From an uncultured delta proteobacterium (GTDB taxonomy: Bacteria; Myxococcota_A; Polyangia; Fen-1088): DNA of 64,000 bases. The translations under genes and the position numbers were made by a program. The notes under the pieces were generated by a model. It was not told the DNA's origin. It saw nothing but the letters and a program-made list of their open reading frames with translations, and made no database searches. Positions 27,858 through 38,308 of this stretch are shown here, piece after piece; position 1 is the first letter of the stretch; every line of letters begins with the position of its first letter. The stretch is from assembly GCA_963767925.1 (NCBI GenBank), contig CAVYGB010000001.1, positions 256,001-320,000 on the forward strand, read 5' to 3'.

Positions 27858-28418
27858 ATGGGTGAACTTCACGCCACCATGAACGTGACCCTCGACGGAT
27901 GCTGCGAGCACACGCGGGTCATTGCGGACGACGAGTTGCACGCCTGGGCGACCGATCTCGTCAACCGGTCGGCGGCCCTGCTGTTCGGTCGCGTGACCTA
28001 CAACCTGTTCCGGGACTACTGGCCGGCGGTTGCCACCGGGCAGGGACCGGCGGGGGAGATTCGCTTCGGCAGGCTGCTCGAGACCAAGGCGAAATACCTG
28101 GTCTCGCGGCAGGATCCCGCGCCGGGCTGGAACACCTCCCGGGTGGCGTTCGGTCAGAACGGCGAGGCCATCGGGCGGCTCAAGCGCGAGCTCGGCGGTC
28201 CGCTCTTGCTGCTCGGCAGCCCGACGCTGGCCCGCGCCCTGGTGGAGGTCGGCCTCATCGACGAGTACCACCTGGCGATCCAGCCGGTCTTCGCCGGCCA
28301 CGGTCCGACCTTCCTCGCCGGCCTCTCCGCGCCGAAGCAGCCGCGCCTGGTGGACACCAGGCGGCTCCCCTCCGGCGTGGCGATCCACCGCTACCAGCTC
28401 GGCACCGCCAACCGTTAG
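27858..28418 (+). CDS. Dihydrofolate reductase-like (RibD C-terminal) protein
   Basis: NVTLDG, LLFGRVTY, GSPTLA..L...GLIDEY.L.I.P..G.G motifs. Confidence 0.88.
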   Translation: MGELHATMNVTLDGCCEHTRVIADDELHAWATDLVNRSAALLFGRVTYNLFRDYWPAVATGQGPAGEIRFGRLLETKAKYLVSRQDPAPGWNTSRVAFGQNGEAIGRLKRELGGPLLLLGSPTLARALVEVGLIDEYHLAIQPVFAGHGPTFLAGLSAPKQPRLVDTRRLPSGVAIHRYQLGTANR

Positions 28419-28615
28419 CCACGTCGCGGAGCCAGACGCGACGGCGCTGGCACGAACCGACCCGCGCCGCCCGCCCCTGCGCGCCCGATATAGATCGCGA
28501 CCGACCCCGATCACCATGCTAGGTTCTGATTCCGGATACGTCGGTCTCCCTCCTCTGCCTCACGGTTGGCCTCCACCAACCGTCCGAGCCGTTCAGGCAG
28601 ACGGGAAGGGCACGG

Positions 28616-30469
<1,854 letters not shown>

Positions 30470-30597
30470 TCTTTCCGCCGCTGCACCGCTAACCGCCTGC
30501 GCCAACGCCCGCGGAAACAGCCGCCTGCGCCGGCCGAGATTCTTCCAGCTTGGCGCGGTGGCGCGGCGTATGCTTGCCGCGAAAGGGTGGCGTGGAT

Positions 30598-32382
30598 ATG
30601 GATAGGTTCAAGGGAGTGGGCGCCTCGGACGGAATCGTCATCGGTCCCGTCTATCCGCTCGACGCAGCCGTCGCCGTCCGCGAGACGGTGATCGCCGCCG
30701 ACCAGGTCGAGCCGGAGCTGGCTCGCTTCGATCGCGCCCTGGCGGTCGCCGACGGACAGCTCGAGGGGCTGCAGGAGCAGCTGGCCGGGCGCCACGCCGG
30801 GCACGGCCGCCAGGTCCTGGAGGCGCACCGGCTCATGCTCAAGAGCTCGGACCTCCTCGACGAGGTGAAGCGCTTCATCCGCGAGGAACATTTCGGGGCC
30901 GAGTGGGCCGTCCGCCGCACCCTCGACACGATCCGCGCCGTGTTCGCCGACCTCGACAACCTGTACTTTCGCGATCGGGTCAGCGACATCGACGCCATCG
31001 GCGAGCGCCTGCTGCGCTGCCTGCTCGAGCTGCCCGAGCCCCGCCCCGGCGAAGGGGCGCCCGCCGGATCGGTGGCGGTGGGGGTCGATCTGTCGCCCCT
31101 CGATCCGTTCCTGCTCAAGCGCGCCGGGGTGGTGGGCCTGGCCACCGACCGCGGCGGCCGCACCTCACACACCGCGATTCTGGCCCAGGCGCTGGGGCTG
31201 CCCTTCGTCGTCGGTCTCAAGCAGGTATCGGCCCGGGTGCGGGCCGGCGACATCATCCTGGTCGACGGGGGGCGCGGCGAGGTGGTCGTCGATCCCGACG
31301 GGGCGACCCGCCAGTCCTACGAACGGCTGGCCGCGGCCGAGCGGGCCCACCGCCAGGATCTGCGCTCGCTGCGGTCGTTGCCGGCGGTGACCGCCGACGG
31401 CGTGCCGATCCACCTGGCGGCCAACGTCGAGTGCCTGCCCGAGGTGGCCGCCGCCGTCGACGCCGGCGCCGAGTCGATCGGCCTGTTCCGCACCGAGTTC
31501 CTCTACCTCGAGCGGGCCACCCTGCCCGACGAGGAGGAGCAATATCAGGACGCCGTCGCGGTCATCCGCGCCCTCGGCGGCCGACCGGTCACCTTCCGCA
31601 CCCTCGATCTCGGCGCCGACAAGCTCCCCGCCGGGATCGAGCGCCCCCGGGGGGCAAACCCCGCCCTCGGCCTGCGCTCGATCCGCCTCTCCTTCGCCCG
31701 ACGGGACATCTTCCGCACCCAGCTCCGGGCCCTGTTCCGGGCGGCGGCGGTCGGTCCCATGCGGATCTCCTTCCCTCTGATCTCCGGCGTGACCGAGCTG
31801 ATCGAGGCGCAGGCGCTGTGCGACGAGGTCTGCGTCGAGCTGGCCCGCGAGGGCAAGGCTCACGATCGCAACACCCCGGTGGGGATGGTCATCGAGACCC
31901 CCAGCGCGGCGCTGACCGTCGACCACCTGGCGCGCAAGTGCAACTTCTTCAGCGTGGGGACCAACGACCTCATCCAGTACGCCTTCGCCGCCGACCGCCA
32001 GAACGAGGACGTCGGCTACCTCTACCAGCCGCTGCATCCGGCCGTCCTCCGCTCGCTCAAGCAGATCGCGGTCGCCAGCCGGGCGGCGGGAAAGCCGCTG
32101 TCGATCTGCGGGGACATGGCGGGCGAGGCGGCCTTCGTCTGGATCCTGCTCGGCCTGGGGTTCCGGGACCTGTCGATGGCCCCCCGCCACATCCCCACCA
32201 TCAAGTCGGTGATCCGCTCCTCCTTCCTGACCGAGGCGGAGGCCCTGACCAACCAGGCGCTCGAGCTGGGCAGCGAGATCGAGGTCGAGCAGCTCGTCCT
32301 CGGCGCCATGGGCGAACGTTTCGGCCCCGAGATGGAGGGCGCCCCCAGCCCGCGCGCCACCGAGCTGCCCGCCCGCTGGTGA
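30598..32382 (+). CDS. ptsI: PEP-protein phosphotransferase (PTS enzyme I)
   Basis: GGRTSHTAILA (phospho-His), IGLFRTEFLY, RTLDLGADK, NPALGLRSIR, SVGTNDLIQY and ICGDMAG motifs. Confidence 0.93.
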   Translation: MDRFKGVGASDGIVIGPVYPLDAAVAVRETVIAADQVEPELARFDRALAVADGQLEGLQEQLAGRHAGHGRQVLEAHRLMLKSSDLLDEVKRFIREEHFGAEWAVRRTLDTIRAVFADLDNLYFRDRVSDIDAIGERLLRCLLELPEPRPGEGAPAGSVAVGVDLSPLDPFLLKRAGVVGLATDRGGRTSHTAILAQALGLPFVVGLKQVSARVRAGDIILVDGGRGEVVVDPDGATRQSYERLAAAERAHRQDLRSLRSLPAVTADGVPIHLAANVECLPEVAAAVDAGAESIGLFRTEFLYLERATLPDEEEQYQDAVAVIRALGGRPVTFRTLDLGADKLPAGIERPRGANPALGLRSIRLSFARRDIFRTQLRALFRAAAVGPMRISFPLISGVTELIEAQALCDEVCVELAREGKAHDRNTPVGMVIETPSAALTVDHLARKCNFFSVGTNDLIQYAFAADRQNEDVGYLYQPLHPAVLRSLKQIAVASRAAGKPLSICGDMAGEAAFVWILLGLGFRDLSMAPRHIPTIKSVIRSSFLTEAEALTNQALELGSEIEVEQLVLGAMGERFGPEMEGAPSPRATELPARW

Positions 32383-32563
32383 GGGGGCCCGGACCTCAGC
32401 GGGGCGGGCCCGCGGCGCCGGCCCGGCGCGCGCTGGCGAAGGCCGCCTGGGCCATCGCCTCGAGCTCGGCGTCGATGGCGGCCAGCACCTGCGCCGCGCC
32501 CCCGGCGTTCATCGCGCCCATCAGCGGTCGCGCGGGCGTGGCCCCGCTGCGGGAGGGCGGGCC

Positions 32564-33874
32564 TCACATGCGGCGGAGGAGCTGGCTGACCGACAGGATC
32601 GATCCGTAGGCGCCCCAGACCGCCAGGGCGAACACCAGCACCATGATGGCGTTTTCCCACCAGCGGTTGCGGTGCTGCGCGCCGATGAAGCGGGCGCTGC
32701 CGGTGATGCACCAGAGCCCTCCGGCGATGAAGGGGATGAGGAGCACCTGGAAGCTGTTGCCCAGCAGGGTCAGCGTCACGAAGTCGGGCATGCCGGGCAG
32801 GGTCCAGACCAGCGGCGAGAGCAGCACCCAGAGCACCAGCAGCCGGTAGATGCGCTCCCGGCGCGGATCGGCCGCGCTGGCCGGGCCGGAGCCGCCGCGC
32901 CAGCGCAGGTAGGCGTGGGTCCCGATCGAGCCCAGGCCGACCGCGTGGCCGACGAGGGAGGTGAAGACCGCCGCGAAAACGCCAAGGTAAAACAGCGCCC
33001 GTCCCCCCGCGCCCAGCACCTGGGCGAGCAGGCCGGCGAGCCCGTCGAGGTCGTGCACGGTGCGGCCGGTGCCGTGCACCAGCTCCGCCCCCAGCGTCCA
33101 CACCGCCAGATCGAGGACGATCATGACGACCACCGCCAGGAAGAAGTCGTACATCTGCACCTTGCGGTACTGCGCCCCCCGCCAGCCTTTCTGCTCGATG
33201 AAGATGGGGTAGGCGAGGTTCATGATCGAGCCGCCCACCGCCCCGATCATCCCCACCGCCAGCAGCAGCGAGTCGAAGGGCCCCTGCTGGGGTGGCAGGG
33301 CGAAGGCCAGCGTGCCGCGCAGGATACCGCCGGGGCTGGGACCCACCCACAGGGCGCTGCCCAGGAAGGAGACCCCGAGCAGGCCGAGCAGCAGCTTGAA
33401 CACCCAGTCGAGCGAGCGGTACACCGGCCGGAAGGCGATGAGCAGGGCGACCACCGTCCAGGCGATCGCCCACTGCCAGGTGGCGCCCCGGCCGGTCATC
33501 TTCGCCCAGGTCTCGCCGACCCCCACCGCCATGAAGGCGCCGTACACGTGCCCCATCACCACCGACGCCGCCAGCAGCCCCGGGGCATACAGCGGGTGCA
33601 GCCTCACCAGGCCGTCGATGACGCTCTCGCCGTGCTGGTTGCAGAGCTGGTACTTGGCGATCAGCGACACGAACAGGAAGCGGATCATCAGGGCCACGAC
33701 GACGATCCACATCAGCGCGTAGCCGTAGTTCGCCCCCGAGATCCCCGCCTCGACCACGTCCCCCGCTCCCAGCCAGGTCAACACCACGATGAGGCCCGGC
33801 CCCATCGACCGCAGGTATTCGGTGAAGGTCCGCGGAATCGGGGGGGCAGCAGGGAGAGCCGGTTGGGAGGTCAA
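32564..33874 (-). CDS. NRAMP-family (MntH-like) transporter
   Basis: GPGL....W.GAGD....GA.YGY.L.W motif and about 11 hydrophobic segments. Start is uncertain (TTG 33874). Confidence 0.78.
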   Translation of the reverse strand: MTSQPALPAAPPIPRTFTEYLRSMGPGLIVVLTWLGAGDVVEAGISGANYGYALMWIVVVALMIRFLFVSLIAKYQLCNQHGESVIDGLVRLHPLYAPGLLAASVVMGHVYGAFMAVGVGETWAKMTGRGATWQWAIAWTVVALLIAFRPVYRSLDWVFKLLLGLLGVSFLGSALWVGPSPGGILRGTLAFALPPQQGPFDSLLLAVGMIGAVGGSIMNLAYPIFIEQKGWRGAQYRKVQMYDFFLAVVVMIVLDLAVWTLGAELVHGTGRTVHDLDGLAGLLAQVLGAGGRALFYLGVFAAVFTSLVGHAVGLGSIGTHAYLRWRGGSGPASAADPRRERIYRLLVLWVLLSPLVWTLPGMPDFVTLTLLGNSFQVLLIPFIAGGLWCITGSARFIGAQHRNRWWENAIMVLVFALAVWGAYGSILSVSQLLRRM

Positions 33875-33964
33875 GCCGGCGATATTATCCCGACCGGCGC
33901 CCGGTGCGGGCGCCGCCGATCGGCGCGGGCCAGCCGTGGCGTCGCGCCGGCGCGCCCACCGGGA

Positions 33965-34051
33965 CCGGCGACTGGCGACCCGTGGCGCAAGCCTATCGCG
34001 TCTCCCGATGCACGCCGGCGACCGGCGACCCGTGGCGCAGCCTATCGCGTC
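33965..34051. repeat. ~37-bp direct repeat, 2 copies, in a divergent intergenic region
   Basis: ccggcgac(t/c)ggcgacccgtggcgca(a)gcctatcgcgtc at 33965-34002 and 34015-34051. Confidence 0.75.
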
Positions 34052-34087
34052 CCCCTCGACCGGCCCCCGCCGTGTAAAACCTGGTCC

Positions 34088-35431
34088 ATGACGGTGCGGG
34101 ATCGACGCGTGACCTTCGCCGCCGCCGGGGCGCTGGCGGCGGTGGCAGTCGCCGGCTGCGGGCACGGGCGGCCGGGTCACCCCGTGCACATCGAGCCGGC
34201 GGATCGGGGCACCGCCTTCGTCGGGCGTTCGCCGCCGCCGGGCCCCATCCTCGCCGCCCGGCTGCTGGCCATCCGCGTGTCGGACGACGGCGGCGCGCGC
34301 GAGGCGCGCATCTTGCCCGAGCAGGTGGCGGCCTGGGTGGCGTTCACCAACGAGGTGTTCCGGCCGGCCGGGATCCGCGTCGACTTCGATCCGCGGGACC
34401 TGCAGCTCCTGCGCAGCACCGCCGTCAACCGCCTGCAGGGCCCGGAGCAGCCGGACTGGGCTGCTGCCAAGCGCGTCGCCGACGACGTCGCCGCCCGCCA
34501 CCCCGACCGCCTGGTTGTCTTCTTCCGCCACGGCCCCGGCGCCGGCCCCACCGGCGCGGGCCTGTCCTGGACCGACTACAACTTCGTCGTCATGCCCGGC
34601 TGGCCCGACGACCGCCACTGCGGCCACGACCACCTCTCCGCCCTGGCTCACGAGATCGGCCACCACCTCGGCCTGCACCACACCTTCGCTCGCGTCTTCC
34701 CCGAGCCGCGCGCCGCCGCCGCCTTCCTGGCCGAGTCGCGCGGCGACACCCACGTCTTCGACGGCGACAGCCTGTCGGAGACCGCCCCCGATCCCGCGAT
34801 CCGCACCACCGAATGTGCCGCCGTCCCCGCCGTCGACCTCGACGGCGCCCGCCTGCCGCTCCCCCGCCGCAACATCATGTCGTATTACGACGAGCGGGAC
34901 TCGCTGAGCCTCCAGCAGATCCGCCGCCTGCGCTGGTTCCTGCGCCAGCGCCTCGCCCACGGCATGAAGCTCCCCCGCAACGACCCGCCCGCCACCGCCT
35001 GGCAGCTCGAAGACCTCGCGCTCACCGCGGTCGAGAACGGTCGCTGCTCCCCCCAGGCCATGGATCCCTTCGGCGCCGGCAACTGGAGCGCCGGCGCCCA
35101 GCTCTTCTGCAGCTCCCAGGAAGGCCCCCTGTCGGTCACCGTCGAGCTTCCCGTCGCCATCACCGCCCACCAGCGCCTCGACCTCTACCTCACCCGCGCC
35201 CCCGACTTCGGCGTCGTCGAGGTCCTCCTCGACGGCCACCCCCTCGGCGCCCCCTACGACGCCTGGGCCCCCACCGTCCTCACCTCCGGCAAGATCCCCC
35301 TCGCCACCGTCCGCCTCACCCGCGGCCCCCACACCCTCACCTTCCTCGTCCGCACCCGCAACCTGGCCGCCACCGCCCACAACCTCGGCCTCGACGCCCT
35401 CACCCTGACGTCTGTGGAACCCCAGAGCTGA
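34088..35431 (+). CDS. Metzincin (M43-like) zinc metalloprotease lipoprotein with a C-terminal beta-sandwich
   Basis: VAGC lipobox, HEIGHHLGLHHTF, DGD.LSET.PDP and NIMSY Met-turn. Confidence 0.82.
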   Translation: MTVRDRRVTFAAAGALAAVAVAGCGHGRPGHPVHIEPADRGTAFVGRSPPPGPILAARLLAIRVSDDGGAREARILPEQVAAWVAFTNEVFRPAGIRVDFDPRDLQLLRSTAVNRLQGPEQPDWAAAKRVADDVAARHPDRLVVFFRHGPGAGPTGAGLSWTDYNFVVMPGWPDDRHCGHDHLSALAHEIGHHLGLHHTFARVFPEPRAAAAFLAESRGDTHVFDGDSLSETAPDPAIRTTECAAVPAVDLDGARLPLPRRNIMSYYDERDSLSLQQIRRLRWFLRQRLAHGMKLPRNDPPATAWQLEDLALTAVENGRCSPQAMDPFGAGNWSAGAQLFCSSQEGPLSVTVELPVAITAHQRLDLYLTRAPDFGVVEVLLDGHPLGAPYDAWAPTVLTSGKIPLATVRLTRGPHTLTFLVRTRNLAATAHNLGLDALTLTSVEPQS

Positions 35432-35537
35432 CCCCGGCGAGCGCACGCGCGCCCGTCCCGCCGGGAGGGACGGATCTCGCCCTCCCCGTGCAACTTCCCC
35501 TCGCGAACGCCGGCTCCGGTCGAACCGTTTCGGGATG

Positions 35538-36557
35538 TCAGCGCGCGGTCTTTCGAGGATCGGCGCGGCTCTCGATGAGCAGCGTGCCCTGGTTGCGTTC
35601 GAGGATCAGCGCTTCGCCGTTGACGCCCGCTGCCCCTGTCACCACCACCGCTCGCTGGCTGCCGCGGCCGTCGTTCTCCTCGACGGTGGTCTCCCGGCTG
35701 CCCGGCGACGAGACCGTCGGCTCGCCCGCGCGCGCGTTGTCGACCAGCACGCCCATGCCGGTGACGTCGTCGTCGCGCGAGCCGTCGTCGGGGCCACCGG
35801 CCCCGGGGACCGCCAGCCGGTTGCCGAACACCACCGTGCGATCCGCCCCCAGCACGAGGATCCCGGTCCGCGCGAACAGGTCGAACCCCGGCGCGCCCAC
35901 CACTTCCACCGTGTTGTCCGCCACCGTGTTGTCCGCCGGCCGGTTGCGCGGGTTGAGCGATCCTCCCGGCAGGGCGACGCTCTCGCCCGCGTCCTGGACC
36001 ACGATGGCGCTGCCGCCGCCGCAGTAGCGCGCGCAGTCTTCGAGGGCGGTCAACCCCAGGACGGTGTTGCCGGTGATGCTCCAGCGGCGACCGGCCGTGT
36101 TCGTGATCGCCTGCGTGGTCCCGAAGAAGCGGTTGCCGCTCACCACAACGTCGTCGGCGAAGCGGGCATAAACCCCGAAGGCGAGGGGTGCGAGGGCGTC
36201 GTTCGAGATCCCCCGGCCGTCGAAGGTGAGCCCGCTTACCGTGGTGCCGCTGGCCGGATTGCGGCCGCTGGCGTCGGCGAGCAGCAGGCCGATGCGCAGC
36301 TTCCCGTGCAGCCGGGGGCTGCCGGCGCAGCCGATAACGGTGGCTCCCGCCGCCCCCACGATCGCCAGGCGCTTGTCGACGACCGCGCCGCAATGGCGAC
36401 CCGCCGCCAGCCGGATCTCGTCGCCCGGCGCGGCGGCCGCCACCGCCTCCTGCAAGGTCGCCCGGTCTCCGGGGACGGTGAGGGTGGCGGCGAAGCTCCG
36501 TTGTGCCCAAAGCGCGGTCAGCGCGAAGGCGATTCCGATCGACCGGCAGCGCGACAT
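35538..36557 (-). CDS. Secreted right-handed parallel beta-helix protein
   Basis: Signal peptide, VPGD..TLQEAV.AA.PGD.I.L..G, and repeated V/I.GN/DN.V motifs. Confidence 0.75.
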   Translation of the reverse strand: MSRCRSIGIAFALTALWAQRSFAATLTVPGDRATLQEAVAAAAPGDEIRLAAGRHCGAVVDKRLAIVGAAGATVIGCAGSPRLHGKLRIGLLLADASGRNPASGTTVSGLTFDGRGISNDALAPLAFGVYARFADDVVVSGNRFFGTTQAITNTAGRRWSITGNTVLGLTALEDCARYCGGGSAIVVQDAGESVALPGGSLNPRNRPADNTVADNTVEVVGAPGFDLFARTGILVLGADRTVVFGNRLAVPGAGGPDDGSRDDDVTGMGVLVDNARAGEPTVSSPGSRETTVEENDGRGSQRAVVVTGAAGVNGEALILERNQGTLLIESRADPRKTAR

Positions 36558-36695
36558 GGCCCCGTCATGGTACCAGCCCCCTCCGCCAGCGCGCCACGCG
36601 CGCAGCGGCCTCACCCCTGCCGCCGATGTGCGCCCTCCACGCAGCCCCGAAGGGCGTCGCGATCCAGCGCGTCCGCTGCCCCAGGTGCGGGTCGG

Positions 36696-37331
36696 TCAGC
36701 GGTTCGAGGGGACGGCGCGCGAGACAGCGCGCGGGGCGTCTTCCGGGGAAGTGGGGCGGCGGCGGGGGAAGGGCTCGAAGCTGACGCGGGTGGGGGGCTG
36801 GAAGGCGCGCCGGGCCTGGGCGGCGGCGACTGCCTCCTCGGTGACCTGGAAGGTGCGCCGGGCGCAGGCCGGGGCGGTCAGGTCCTCGGTGTGCTGGGGG
36901 GCGCGGGCGGGCGCGGCCGGCTCCTCCGTGGGCCGGGAAGCGCGGCGGGCGCGGATGGCGGCCGCCACCTCCTCGGTGGACAGGCCGGAGAGCGTGCGCA
37001 CCGACGGTGGCTGGTCCTGCTCCATCAACATGATGTCGACGTTCGACCCGAAGTTCAGCAGGTCGGAGACGATCACGGTCGGCGGGTTGTACCCCGGGTT
37101 GGTGAAGAATCCGGTGAGCGGCCGGGCCGGAGCCGGCCGGCTCGACCCCCGGATGGCGCTGCCGCCGGACTGGATCTCGCCCGACTGCTCGGCGCACCGC
37201 TGCAGGCAGGGGCACCCCTCCGGGTGCTCATGGGGCGGCTCCGTCACCGACTCGCCGCCCGCACCACCGGCCTGCGCCTCGACACGGCGCTCGACCGAAA
37301 CATCCCGAGAACGAAAGGAAGGTATTTTCAT
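36696..37331 (-). CDS. Hypothetical protein
   Basis: ORF with coding-like codons in its central part, co-directional with its neighbours. No family recognised. Confidence 0.4.
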   Translation of the reverse strand: MKIPSFRSRDVSVERRVEAQAGGAGGESVTEPPHEHPEGCPCLQRCAEQSGEIQSGGSAIRGSSRPAPARPLTGFFTNPGYNPPTVIVSDLLNFGSNVDIMLMEQDQPPSVRTLSGLSTEEVAAAIRARRASRPTEEPAAPARAPQHTEDLTAPACARRTFQVTEEAVAAAQARRAFQPPTRVSFEPFPRRRPTSPEDAPRAVSRAVPSNR

Positions 37332-37515
37332 TGGGAGCCCATCCACGACCGCTCTTCACCTTCGGTCCGCCCACACCGCCCCGCAATCGAGACTGACCCC
37401 GGGGGAGACCCTACAAATGACGGAAGAACGGCCGCCCGCCCGTCCGTCCACCCCGACGCCACCCGGCGGGGGTCATCCACCAGGATGTTACCAGCGCGAC
37501 GGCCGGGCGGGTGGG

Positions 37516-38214
37516 TCAGACCCGGTCCCCCAGCCGCCCGAGCTGGTCGTACCCGGCCTGCAGCCAGGTCTTGATGCGCTGGCGGTCCAGCCGCGAGAAC
37601 GCCCCCTCGCCGAAGGCCGGGTTGTTCACCGCCGCCCAGTAGCTGGCGTCGAGGCGGTCGATGCCCGCCATGGCGGGGGCGTGCAGCGCGGGCAGCTCGA
37701 AGACCGCCGCTCCGAGCGTCGTCGCCCGCGCGCGGGTGGGCGAGCGCTCGAACAGCGAGAAGTCCTTGCCGCGGCCGAGGTTCTTCACGATGCAGTAGCG
37801 GGCCGCCGCCCCGTAGCGGGTCAGCAGCCGATCCAGCGTGAGGACGGCGTCCTTGCCGTCGTCCATCACGTGCCAGAACACGACCGCCACCTCCGACTCG
37901 CGGGCCAGATCGAGCACGCCCGACTCGGTGATCCAGGTGGAGAGGGCCCGATCGCTCTGCGCGGGCAGGTCGACGAGGACCCGCCGGTCGAGCTCGGTGG
38001 CGAGGGCCAGGATCTCGTCGGCGCTCTCGAAGCGCGTGAGGTCCACCGGCCGCGCGTAATCGCCGTAGTGGCGGGTCAGCGACCCGTGCGACGAATCGGC
38101 GTCGAGGGCCACGAAGGGCGTCTCTTTATCGATGAAATACTGGGCCAGCAGCCGCGCCACCACCGACTTGCCCACGCCACCTTTCTCCCCGCCCACGAAA
38201 TGAATGATGCTCAT
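37516..38214 (-). CDS. ParA/MinD-like P-loop NTPase ('mobilization protein'-type)
   Basis: IHFVGGEKGGVGKS deviant Walker A, DAD and LVDLPAQ motifs. Confidence 0.75.
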   Translation of the reverse strand: MSIIHFVGGEKGGVGKSVVARLLAQYFIDKETPFVALDADSSHGSLTRHYGDYARPVDLTRFESADEILALATELDRRVLVDLPAQSDRALSTWITESGVLDLARESEVAVVFWHVMDDGKDAVLTLDRLLTRYGAAARYCIVKNLGRGKDFSLFERSPTRARATTLGAAVFELPALHAPAMAGIDRLDASYWAAVNNPAFGEGAFSRLDRQRIKTWLQAGYDQLGRLGDRV

Positions 38215-38308
38215 GCCCAGCACGGTACACCTTTGCGGTGTCGCCGATGGTGCCAGCGGGTATCCACCCGGATCCGATCCCGCCTCGGTCGGCTATCATG
38301 AGGGGACG

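Noticed and set aside
32397..32522. Short minus-strand ORF MGAMNAGGAAQVLAAIDAELEAMAQAAF..
   Set aside because: Too short and no recognisable family. It may be another remnant, but this cannot be supported.
33965..34051. 37-bp repeats as a mini-CRISPR
   Set aside because: Only two copies with a 12-nt gap, and no leader or cas genes.
32564..35446. 960-aa (-) and 919-aa (+) ORFs as fusion proteins
   Set aside because: Each is a real gene (NRAMP-like or metalloprotease) extended by the antisense frame of its divergent neighbour.
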